This document shows positions 19,518-28,800 of a DNA stretch of 64,000 nt, piece after piece. The notes under the pieces are model-generated. The model searched no databases and had not been told where the DNA came from. It saw only the letters and a list, made by a program, of their open reading frames with translations. The translations under genes and the position numbers were made by a program. The stretch spans positions 1,083-65,082 of the forward strand of contig JAFGEV010000343.1 in the NCBI GenBank assembly GCA_016931385.1, in the 5' to 3' direction. Position 1 is the stretch's first letter; each line of letters begins with the position of its first letter. This stretch comes from Prolixibacteraceae bacterium (GTDB taxonomy: Bacteria > Bacteroidota > Bacteroidia > Bacteroidales > Prolixibacteraceae).

Positions 19518-19634
19518 TCAAAATCGATGAAAAGCAATATTACGCAATTTATACAAATTGACTGCCTTTTATCGACCAATAACGGGTTTAATCCCCGAAT
19601 CGGCATTTTCGGTTATACAATTCGTTTCATACCT

Positions 19635-19642
19635 TTACATTT
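19635..19642 (+). promoter_or_regulatory. candidate -7 promoter box upstream of 19740 gene
   Basis: TACATTTG matches TAnnTTTG, about 98 nt upstream of the ATG. Confidence 0.35.
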
Positions 19643-19739
19643 GCAAAGAAAAGGTGTAAAACAATCGTTCGTCGCAATAAAATAATGAGCAAGGTTTTGC
19701 ATCCTATTTTTAAACAGTAAATCAACAAAATTTATTATC

Positions 19740-20114
19740 ATGAATGACATTATTGGAAAAATGAACGACGGGGGACCGGTATTCACCTACCCCATTTTGA
19801 TTATGCTGTTTATCATTCTGGCTCTTTTTGCCTTAGGCATTATCGACAAAAAAAATCAAGTAAAAACAAATTCGCTGATGATTCACATTGGCTGGTTTGC
19901 TGTTGCCTGGGGTTTTCTGGGCCGCACCTTCGGCCTGATCCATGCTTTTGATGCCGTATCGGCTGCCGGCGAACTAACCCCAAGATTACTTGCCCACGGG
20001 CTAAAAATGGCTTTGGTCGATCCGCTTATGGGTATATTTGTGTTTATCATTGCACGTGCATGTATTATCGTACTGGTTGCGATTGGAAAACGTGCCGAAC
20101 AACCTTCAGTATAA
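19740..20114 (+). CDS. small membrane protein, MotA/TolQ/ExbB-like channel segment
   Basis: 124 aa, 3 TM. WGFLGRTFGLIHAFDAVSAAGELTPRLLAHGLKMALVDPLMGIFV resembles the conserved LGLLGTVxG...GIxxAL core of MotA/ExbB proteins. Tentative. Confidence 0.45.
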   Translation: MNDIIGKMNDGGPVFTYPILIMLFIILALFALGIIDKKNQVKTNSLMIHIGWFAVAWGFLGRTFGLIHAFDAVSAAGELTPRLLAHGLKMALVDPLMGIFVFIIARACIIVLVAIGKRAEQPSV

Positions 20115-20120
20115 CCAACG

Positions 20121-20531
20121 ATGACCGGTTCCCTCAAAGATCGTGATTTCAGCCCGGAATTAACTTTCAGCGCTTCACGGAGCAGCGGCCCCGGCGGGCA
20201 AAATGTAAACAAGGTCAATACCCGGGTTGAGTTGCGTTTTAGCATTGTCAATTCGGAAATATTATCGGATGAAGAAAAAGAACTCCTTCAATCCAGACTG
20301 AAAAATAAAATCAACATTTTGGGGGAACTGGTTATTACTGCACAAAACAACCGTTCGCAGCTTAAGAACAAACAGGAAGCTATTGATAAATTTTACGCCA
20401 TGCTTGAAAAAGCTTTAACTCCCCGAAAAAAGCGGAAACCTACCAAACCTACCCAGGCCTCGGTTGAAAAACGTTTGACAGAGAAACGGATAAAAAGCGA
20501 GAAGAAAAACATGAGGGGGAAGGTTGATTGA
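20121..20531 (+). CDS. arfB: alternative ribosome-rescue factor ArfB (peptidyl-tRNA hydrolase, GGQ domain)
   Basis: SSGPGGQNVNKVNTRVELRF plus a basic C-terminal tail (KKRKPTKPT...KRIKSEKK). Confidence 0.9.
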   Translation: MTGSLKDRDFSPELTFSASRSSGPGGQNVNKVNTRVELRFSIVNSEILSDEEKELLQSRLKNKINILGELVITAQNNRSQLKNKQEAIDKFYAMLEKALTPRKKRKPTKPTQASVEKRLTEKRIKSEKKNMRGKVD

Positions 20532-20578
20532 GGCATCCGCCTTTTTTAAACTTCTACTGATAAAAAAGACTGAAATTT

Positions 20579-20645
20579 AGGCTGAGGCTGAGGCTGAGGT
20601 TGAGGTTAAGATATTCTTTCTAAACCTTTGTCTTAACCTCAGCCT
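20579..20645. repeat. hexamer tandem array with inverted partner (AGGCTG x3, AGGTTG, AGGTTA ... CTTAACCTCAGCCT)
   Basis: Read directly. The right arm 20632..20645 is the reverse complement of AGGCTGAGGTTAAG in the left array. Confidence 0.9.
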
Positions 20646-20725
20646 AAACTTTATTAGATTTGTTAAGCTTCCCCAAAAAACAAGAAAAAAACCCTGGCAT
20701 TTGAACACTCCTATTGAAATAAAAT

Positions 20726-20733
20726 TACTTTTG
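20726..20733 (+). promoter_or_regulatory. candidate -7 promoter box for corA (leaves ~120-nt leader)
   Basis: TACTTTTG matches TAnnTTTG. The leader contains a GCCCTTA...TAAGGGC stem. Confidence 0.4.
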
Positions 20734-20856
20734 CAGACGAAATTTAAAAATTCAATGACAATGGACGAAGGCCCTTATCATAGTAGATTCAAGTATTAAC
20801 TTTTCTGTAAGGGCATCGTGTTTCCTTGCAGAACAAAAATGTAAGGAGGCAACATC

Positions 20857-21786
20857 ATGATTAAAATCTTCAAAACATTCGGTGGTTATGTCGAAATTGA
20901 CAAACTGCAAAAGAACTGCTGGATTAACACCACAAATCCCACTCCGGATGAGATCACAAAACTGACTGTTGATTTTGGTTTGCCAAACGATGTAATTAAC
21001 GACATTTTAGACCAGGACGAAAGGCCACGAATCGAATTTGAAGATGACTGGACGCTTATAATCCTCAGGATACCTGTTGAAATGAAAAACAATGGCGTAC
21101 CTTTTCACACTATCCCGCTAGGTATTTTCATTACACCTGAATTTACACTGACACTCTGTTTGCAGGACAACGAAGTTTTACCCATTGGGCAACCATCACC
21201 CTTTCGGGACCAATACAAGGAAATTACCGACAGTATAAACTTTATCCTTCGCCTGTTTCTTCGTTCAGGAAATTTATATTTAAGGTACCTGAAACAAATC
21301 AACCAGATGACTTCATTGATAGAACAAGACCTTGAAAAATCGATCAAAAACAAGGAACTAAACAAGTTGCTGAAAATGGAGAAATGTCTGGTGTATTTTA
21401 TCACATCAATTAAAGCCAATGAAATTGTATTGGCAAAACTCAGAAATTCAAAAAAGATTACTTCTGAAATAAATGAAGATTTGCTTGAAGATGCACTGAT
21501 CGAGAACAAACAGGCTCTCGAAATGGCTCAGATCTATTCCGACATTCAGAGCGGAATGATGGATGCATTTGCCTCGGTTATATCAAACAATCTGAACGAT
21601 GTGATGAAAAAATTAACACTCATTTCGATAATATTGATGATCCCGACATTAATAGCCAGCATATTTGGCATGAACGTTCCAAACCTGATGGAAAATTCGA
21701 TGTATGCAATGCCGATAATCATTTTGGGATCGCTTATACTTTCGTTTTTGGGGGTAATGTTATTCAGAAAAAGACAGTGGTTTTAA
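20857..21786 (+). CDS. corA: CorA-family magnesium/cobalt transporter
   Basis: 309 aa with two C-terminal TM helices and the FGMNVPN (GMN) motif. Confidence 0.9.
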   Translation: MIKIFKTFGGYVEIDKLQKNCWINTTNPTPDEITKLTVDFGLPNDVINDILDQDERPRIEFEDDWTLIILRIPVEMKNNGVPFHTIPLGIFITPEFTLTLCLQDNEVLPIGQPSPFRDQYKEITDSINFILRLFLRSGNLYLRYLKQINQMTSLIEQDLEKSIKNKELNKLLKMEKCLVYFITSIKANEIVLAKLRNSKKITSEINEDLLEDALIENKQALEMAQIYSDIQSGMMDAFASVISNNLNDVMKKLTLISIILMIPTLIASIFGMNVPNLMENSMYAMPIIILGSLILSFLGVMLFRKRQWF

Positions 21787-21937
21787 TCGAATAATTCCTG
21801 GGGGCTAAACCTTTTATGTCGGGTTAAAGAAAAATAAATGAATTTTTATATTAATAATTGACGAAGCTGGTCAATACTAAAGGAAGCCCCCGGAATAAAT
21901 TAAAGTGCAAGGGTTATTTCATTTTTTATCAATTCCA

Positions 21938-22441
21938 TTAATTGCCACGCTTAAAATGATAATTGTAACGGTCGCAGCATGGCGCATTCAAATCAAGTTG
22001 ATCGTCGCTGGTAAACTGTACAAATTTTTCAGAATCGTAAAAGAACATTGTACTGCCGGGATCAGGACTCATTAAAATTTTTAAAATACTGTCCGACTGC
22101 TCTTCAACAACTACTTTTCCAAATTCGAGCAGGGTATCGGCATTTACGAACTGATAAATTCCGTATGGAATAAATTCCAGATAATCGAAGTTGGGTTCAT
22201 AACCGTCGCCGGTAATTCCACCTGAAATATATTCTAAAATCCATTTTCCGTATATCCATTGATTAACCTCATTAAAGATTTCCTGTTGATAATAAATGGT
22301 ATCAGTCACTCCCGGCAGGGGTTCTTTACTTGATTGCCTTTTAATATGATTACCTGAATTTGAATAATCGATGTAATAACCGTCGTGGCAGGCGATGAAT
22401 GCTAACAACAAAAAACCAATCATTATTAGATACCGTTTCAT
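21938..22441 (-). CDS. hypothetical lipoprotein
   Basis: Signal MKRYLIMIGFLLLAFIAC. No recognisable domain. Confidence 0.6.
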   Translation of the reverse strand: MKRYLIMIGFLLLAFIACHDGYYIDYSNSGNHIKRQSSKEPLPGVTDTIYYQQEIFNEVNQWIYGKWILEYISGGITGDGYEPNFDYLEFIPYGIYQFVNADTLLEFGKVVVEEQSDSILKILMSPDPGSTMFFYDSEKFVQFTSDDQLDLNAPCCDRYNYHFKRGN

Positions 22442-22581
22442 CTTTGTAAGTTTAAAAATAGTTTTTGTGAAATTGAACTTTCACAAATTTAACCATTCAT
22501 GATGACGTATTTCAACAGCAAAACGTTGCGTTATTTATTAAAAAACATGAATGGATATAAAAATATATTCAAAAATATTTG

Positions 22582-22619
22582 GTTTGTATTACAAACTTAA
22601 TTAGGTTTGCATTACAAAC
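22582..22619. promoter_or_regulatory. two tandem 15-bp palindromic operator-like sites
   Basis: GTTTGTATTACAAAC (22582..22596, perfect palindrome) and GTTTGCATTACAAAC (22605..22619, one mismatch). Starts are 23 nt apart, 28 nt upstream of ATG 22647. Confidence 0.6.
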
Positions 22620-22646
22620 TTGTTTTACAATTAAAACTTACATTCT

Positions 22647-23264
22647 ATGAACACTCATAATAATTCTTCCGATTTATTTAATGAGACACAATCGTTACAG
22701 GTTATCAGGGAAATGATCCAGGTGTCGCATAAAAAAATTAAGCACGATGGAATCTTATTTATCGTATGGGGATGGCTGATGACAGTCCATTATACCTTTC
22801 TTTTTGTATTTAGAAAGGTTGTTATGACATATGATTTTGATAAAATCATCAAAATAACAGTTAACCTTCTGCCATTGTTCGGGCTAATATTTTCAGTATA
22901 TTATATTCTGAAACAGAGAAAAAAAGTACAAACATATATTGGTATTTCGTTACGTTATGTTTGGATTTCACTAATCGTATGCCTATCGCTTACAAACATG
23001 ATCATTTTTAATGTTATTCATGAAGTTAATTTCGAACTTCAACACCCGATTTTCATGATATTAATCGCATTTGCTACAGTTGTTACTGGTGGTATTCTCA
23101 GATACAGGCTCATAATATTTGGCGGGATCGCATTTGGAATTCTGGCATATATTTCGTCATATTTCAGTTTGGAAATACAAATATTACTTGAAGCCGGGGC
23201 ATGGTTACTGGCTTTTATAATACCCGGACATATTTTATATGCAAACCGAAAAAGCCTCCCCTAA
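22647..23264 (+). CDS. hypothetical multi-pass membrane protein
   Basis: 205 aa, about 6 hydrophobic helices. Immediately upstream of a small wHTH regulator. Confidence 0.6.
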   Translation: MNTHNNSSDLFNETQSLQVIREMIQVSHKKIKHDGILFIVWGWLMTVHYTFLFVFRKVVMTYDFDKIIKITVNLLPLFGLIFSVYYILKQRKKVQTYIGISLRYVWISLIVCLSLTNMIIFNVIHEVNFELQHPIFMILIAFATVVTGGILRYRLIIFGGIAFGILAYISSYFSLEIQILLEAGAWLLAFIIPGHILYANRKSLP

Positions 23265-23286
23265 CCCCTCCTATAGGAAGGGAATC
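23255..23286. repeat. C-arm/G-arm hairpin overlapping the stop codon of 22647..23264
   Basis: CCTCCCCTAACCCCTCCTATAGGAAGGGAATC. It resembles the CCCCTCTAACTCCCC...GGGGAGAACC elements flanking the DUF559 gene. Confidence 0.5.
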
Positions 23287-23351
23287 ATTGGGCTACAGGA
23301 CATTTGTCCTTTAGGAATTTTAAAAGTATAGAACATAATTAATTAATAGCA

Positions 23352-23648
23352 ATGTTCAGAGATTTAGATCCTATATTGCATTCGCAGGTCAGGCTGGCAA
23401 TTATGTCAATCCTGATTGGTGTAAAGAATGCTGAATTCAGCTACCTTCTTGAAAACATTAATACAACAAAGGGTAATTTGAGTTTCCAGATGAATAAGCT
23501 AAAAGAAGCAGGATACATCGAAATAAAAAAATCGTTCAGGGGCAATTACCCGCTTACGACATGCGAGATCACTGAAACAGGCATAAATGCTTATGAAAAC
23601 TATGTCAATTCGATTGGCGATTATTTTAATGAATTTAAAAAACAATAA
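23352..23648 (+). CDS. small winged-helix transcriptional regulator
   Basis: LDPILHSQVRLAIMSILIGVKNAEFSYLLENINTTKGNLSFQMNKLKEAGYIEIKKSF matches the ArsR/MarR-like ~100-aa wHTH family. Confidence 0.75.
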   Translation: MFRDLDPILHSQVRLAIMSILIGVKNAEFSYLLENINTTKGNLSFQMNKLKEAGYIEIKKSFRGNYPLTTCEITETGINAYENYVNSIGDYFNEFKKQ

Positions 23649-23660
23649 AAACACGTAATT

Positions 23661-24242
23661 ATGAAAACTTTACAATTAATAATAATATCAGCGATTACAA
23701 TACTCGCATCATGTACACCTGAAAAAAAACAGGATCCAATACATACAAATTTTGGCATATTCGAAACAGTATCTCAAAACGACCTTCCTATAGATTTCAG
23801 AGATAAAATTTTACAGGCGAATATTTTGGAAGAAACAAATTCTCTCTTGCCGATTGTTGGGTATATACAAAGCAATGATTCAAACAACTATTTTTTTCAA
23901 GATGAAAGCATTAAGCTTTTACCAACAAAATACCCTATTAATCCGGTGAAAAATCTACATGCACTGGTAGCTGTTAAAAAAACACCTGCTCTAAATAATT
24001 CCGACATTCAAAATACCAAACCGAACCAACGTAATGTCGAAATCTATTTTAATTACCAGGGAGCAAAAAAATGGGCCGATCTGACAAAAAACAACGTAGG
24101 AAAAATGCTCGCATTTTCTGTGAATGACACAATATACTTATTAACAGAAGTTAATGGAGAGATACGAAACGGTGTTGCTATGATTACCGGGCTCGAGAAT
24201 GAAGAAACAGCGATTGAAATCTCAAATTCAATCAATAAATAA
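23661..24242 (+). CDS. hypothetical lipoprotein
   Basis: Signal MKTLQLIIISAITILASC. The C-terminal part (GKMLAFSVNDTIYLLTEVNGEIRNGVAMITGLENEETAIEISNSI) loosely resembles a SecD-type P1-head module. Confidence 0.55.
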   Translation: MKTLQLIIISAITILASCTPEKKQDPIHTNFGIFETVSQNDLPIDFRDKILQANILEETNSLLPIVGYIQSNDSNNYFFQDESIKLLPTKYPINPVKNLHALVAVKKTPALNNSDIQNTKPNQRNVEIYFNYQGAKKWADLTKNNVGKMLAFSVNDTIYLLTEVNGEIRNGVAMITGLENEETAIEISNSINK

Positions 24243-24249
24243 AAAAAAA

Positions 24250-24315
24250 GGTTGAGATTGAGGTTAAGGTTGAGAAAATCCTAACTACAGCTTAACCTTA
24301 ACCTTAACCTTAACC
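24250..24315. repeat. hexamer-built long hairpin between convergent genes (likely bidirectional terminator)
   Basis: A9, then GGTTGAGATTGAGGTTAAGGTTGAG (24250..24274), a 16-nt loop, (CTTAAC)x4 C (24291..24315), then TTTT. Confidence 0.85.
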
Positions 24316-24320
24316 TTTTC

Positions 24321-25310
24321 TTACCAGAGATGGTGTACTAATCCCTTAATCCGTTCGTCGTATATTTCTTTTACTTTTTCCATCTGTTCAGTGGTCAGTT
24401 TGTTCATTTCTGAGGCTGATACATTAGCCTTCAACTGGCCTGCATTCGATGCCCCTGGAATAACGCAGCTTACAGCATCGAAGGTAAGTATCCAGCGCAA
24501 TGCAAGCATTGCAAGGTCTTCACCCGGAAATGCCTCTTTGAGTTCTTCAACTGCTTTGAGGCCGGTATTGTAATCAATTCCCGAGAATGTTTCCCCTTTA
24601 TCAAAGGCTTCGCCGTTGCGGTTAAAGGTGCGGTGATCGCCGGGTAAAAAAGTAGTACCTTTTGTGTACTTCCCGCTTAACAATCCACTGGCAAGCGGAA
24701 CCCTCACAATAATGCCAATATCACGTTTTTTTGCCTGCTCAAAAAAGAGTTCGGAAGGACGTTGACGGAACATGTTGAAAATGATCTGTACCGTATCCAC
24801 GTTGTCGTATTCAATTGCCTTAAGCGCTTCTTCAACTTTCTCAACACTAACACCCAGCTTACGTATTTTCCCTTCAGCAATAAGCTTATCAAATTCAGCA
24901 AAAATTTCGGGACGGTAATATACCTCGGTTGGCGGACAATGTAGTTGAATAAGATCGATGGTTTCTATTTGCATGTTCTTCAGGCTGTCTTCAACAAAGC
25001 CTCTTAATGCTTTTGGTGTATAAGCTTCATTCGTATGCGGATTTAAACGCCTGCCGCACTTGGTGGCCACATAAATTCGTTCAGAACGGCTTCGTAGTAA
25101 TTTGCCAACAGCATGTTCGCTTTCGCCGTTCCCGTCGCCGTACACATCGGCCGTATCGATAAAATTTATACCCTGGTCGACAGCTTCGTTCAGTATTCTT
25201 TCAGCATTTTTAAAATCGAATGGAGATCCCCAACGCCCACCTACCTGCCAGGTTCCCAGGCTAATTTCGGATATTTCAAAACCTGTCCGTCCTAATGTTC
25301 GGTATTTCAT
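24321..25310 (-). CDS. aldo/keto reductase
   Basis: Probable start MKYRTLGRTGFEISEISLGTWQ (ORF track start 25391 adds 27 aa). Motifs FIDTADVYG and LGVS. Confidence 0.9.
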   Translation of the reverse strand: MKYRTLGRTGFEISEISLGTWQVGGRWGSPFDFKNAERILNEAVDQGINFIDTADVYGDGNGESEHAVGKLLRSRSERIYVATKCGRRLNPHTNEAYTPKALRGFVEDSLKNMQIETIDLIQLHCPPTEVYYRPEIFAEFDKLIAEGKIRKLGVSVEKVEEALKAIEYDNVDTVQIIFNMFRQRPSELFFEQAKKRDIGIIVRVPLASGLLSGKYTKGTTFLPGDHRTFNRNGEAFDKGETFSGIDYNTGLKAVEELKEAFPGEDLAMLALRWILTFDAVSCVIPGASNAGQLKANVSASEMNKLTTEQMEKVKEIYDERIKGLVHHLW

Positions 25311-25458
25311 AACAACCCCTTTATTATTGATTAATGTAACGACTAATTTATAAAAAATGTTCAATTTTTTACAAATGGTATATTTAATCAATTAGAAGCT
25401 TTATTTTGAACCGTTTAGAATGATGCTTTTAGAGGAACATATCCATAATATTTACTGA

Positions 25459-25740
25459 TCAGTCCGTTTTATTTTTACTTTTACTTTTAACAAAAATTAT
25501 CACTCCTGCAATTACAAGTAAGGACAAAAAACTATCTACTGGCACCGGACTCCCATCTGGTGTAGCAGGCGGCAGAGGTTGAGCATGGGTGGTTTTTGAA
25601 AAAACAATGAAAATTAAAAGCCCTGCAAGCCACCACAAACTCCTTTTAAAGAAGGACATCCAGTATCCTGTTTGTTTTATACCCATATCTCTTGAAGTAG
25701 GGGGTTTTTGAATTATTGCTGATTTTTTATTATTGTCCAT
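25459..25740 (-). CDS. mini-protein: signal peptide + Pro-rich linker + C-terminal TM/Lys-rich sorting-type tail
   Basis: Probable start at the internal Met (MSFFKRSLWWLAGLLIFIVFSKTTHAQ). The predicted mature part is only PLPPATPDGSPVPVDSFLSLLVIAGVIIFVKSKSKNKTD. Lies 88 nt downstream of, and co-directional with, the 1838-aa gene. Confidence 0.5.
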   Translation of the reverse strand: MDNNKKSAIIQKPPTSRDMGIKQTGYWMSFFKRSLWWLAGLLIFIVFSKTTHAQPLPPATPDGSPVPVDSFLSLLVIAGVIIFVKSKSKNKTD

Positions 25741-25828
25741 TTTATTTGCTATTTTTTATGTAAACTTTCTTTTCAAATAAGGCTATACAGTCCTCTAAGC
25801 CAATTTAAGGTACTCTCCCTGGGGATAA

Positions 25829-28800
25829 TTATAATTGGCACAGTTTTTTTACAACTGAATTACCATCCTGCTTCTGCACCCGTATAAGCAACACACCAAA
25901 TGGCAAATTGTCTTGCTCATAGCTATTGGCGGTTGTGATGCCTTTGCTTATGACTTGACCTTTGTCATTATAAATCCATATGGTTGATGTACCAGCACCC
26001 AGTCCGGTAACCTGTAACTGATGCCCTACGATCTCAATAATGGTGTTATCCAAATCGATGGTTTGAACCCTTGTCTCATTTTTTGTAAACACCAATTGAA
26101 AAACAATTGTCTCACCATTCACAGTTTCAAATCGATAATCATTGCTTTCCAAATCAACCAAATCGCCATTTGACGGATTGTACAGCAATACCGGGTAAGG
26201 ATACCTGTAGCTGGAGGATCTGCTTAGTGCAAGGATATGTTCCCCGTCCTGTCTGGTCAGAGCCCTTAACTGTATCACTGTCTCTTCAGTAATATCGGGT
26301 ATGCTGTTAATTGAATAATCATCTCCGTTCAACACCGAATATAACTGTGACGTTTCTGAGTTCGCACTTAACAGCTTGTATGCATCGAAATGACCGTCGA
26401 AGTTTTCGGTGCTTTGTAATTCCATTCGTACAACAGTATTGTCAATCTGACTATTGGGACTGATAAGTGTTAATCGAATAAGCTGGTTTAATGAACTGCT
26501 TTTAAAAGTACCCGAAGTTATTGACTTTGCATTTTCACTAAATGTTATTGTTCCTTCAGCGGTTGATCGTACAAAGAAACCCTGCATAGGTGCAATGTTC
26601 TGATCCTGTGTTTCTGCGCCACCTGTTACACCATCCACATATGAAGCATAACTGTCACTTAGGGGATCATACACATAAATGGCATCGTTCACGTTTGATA
26701 ATCCGCTGTTGTTACGGATATAATCCCAATCGGCTGTACACGGGAAGGGATTACTGATAAGGTTCCAGCCATGATCTCCATCCTTCCAGCTTACCGGAAT
26801 GACCTTTTCTGTGGCATTGAGTGTTCCGTAAAGGGTAATGGTGGTATCCAAATCGTGGAATACGCCAAAGCCCTTGCCCGAAGTAAGTACGTCGTTCGCT
26901 GTTAAGTAGCTCCAGCCATCGCCGCTGTTATGGGTAGCAGTTTGTTCATCGCTGCCGACCACCCACAGGCCTTTAAGCATTGGAACTACTTTTGGTGTTT
27001 CGGCAAACGGGATGCCCATGTAGTGCCATTTGTCTTCGGCAATAAATTGCTGCACTGTGGCCTCTACACCTGTGGTAATGTTCACCAGCTTGCCTGTGCC
27101 TGTGGCATCGCTTTGAATAACCAGCCCGGTAGTGCCGTTGTTGTTGGTGAGCACACCATTAACAGTTAAAGTTGCTGCAGGGCTTATGAAAACAATAGCC
27201 CCCGACTGAATGGTCAGGTTATCGCACCCAACAGAAGTTGAAACAATCGGATCATTGGCAACATCAGGGATTTCAACATTATCGGAAAGGGCAGGAACTT
27301 CATTCAAACTCCAGTTTGCTGACGTTTCCCAAGCAGTGCTGACTGCGCCTGTCCACGAAAGTGTGCGATATTCAGGATCTGTACCGCTGGTCCATTCGTA
27401 GGCGCCCATGTCAATCGTCGTGTTTTGAATACGGGTTTGTCCGCGCAAATCGTCAGAAAGCGAGTTATAGCTGTTATTTCCGGTATTTACACAGGGAGAG
27501 TTTCCGAACAACGTGAAATCACCACTACCTGCATTTACAAATAAGGGATTGGAAGTAATATTACCGCTACCAAGGGTCAAATCTCCCGAAATATCATTGC
27601 TCGCATTTTGATAACAACTGTAATTCAGGTTCATTGAACTGCTTCCCCATTGACTATAATATATTTCAGCTCCATCACCGGCTGTTGTATTTCCCCAAAT
27701 AATGCAGTTGTTAAGCGATAAAACGCCGGATGAATTATATACTCCGCCACCGGCTGACTCGGCATAATTTCCCGAAAATGTAGCATTATTTATTGTAGTG
27801 GGTGCATCACTATTATATAATCCTCCGCCATATTCTCCCTTGTTGTTAATTATTAATGCATTTGTTAAAACGCTGGTTACTGTTGAGCCTTCTATATATA
27901 ATGCCCCATAATAGCCTCCGTCGTTATTTTCGAATATTAAATTTGATAACTGAGCACCGGTTGATAGATCGTAAAAATACAAAACACCCGTTGCAGACTG
28001 ATTGTTTTTAAAAATGATGTTATTAAGTGTTGGATTGCACTGTTCATTGTAAATTCCAGCACCATAGTCTTCATTGTCTCCACCATTAGCATTTCCACCA
28101 GAAATTGTAAAGCCATCTAACACCGCAGAGTTGTTGATTCCCAATTTATCATGATAAAACACATGATAACAATTTTCTTCGTTGTTCGAAAAGCCTAAGG
28201 TTTCGCCAGCACCTGTTACAACATCATCTCCACTTAAATCCCCACTGAGAATGGTCTCGTTTGCCCGATAATCTCTTTGACTTAAGCTTGTTTCCGTTCC
28301 CGCAAAACCGCCATAAATAGTAACATCATTTTTCATCTGATATGTCGCATATCGAGTTCCAGTTCCACCCACTTGTGCTGATGGTTTGTAAGTACCTTTA
28401 GCCACCCAAATTTCATTACCACTTACGGCATTATCCAAAGCTGATTGTAGTGAAGTGTAAGCATTTGTCCAACTGCTTCCATTATTTGATCCACCGGCGT
28501 CACCTTTGACAAAAAGAGTACTATAATTAGCGTCAGTTCCGCTTGTCCATTCATAAGCCCCCATATCAATGGTTGTATTCTGAATACGGGTTTTTCCGCG
28601 TACATCAGTTGCAAGTGAATTGTAGCTGTTATTCCCTGAATTCACACAGGGAGAATTGCCGAAAAGTGTGTAATTACCTGTGCTGGCATTCACAAAGAGA
28701 GGATCATTTGTGATGCAGAAGCCATCGGGAGTAAAAGTTCCACTGGAAATCACCACATCATTTGTACCGTCAGAGTAATCAGACGAATACAAATTCACAA

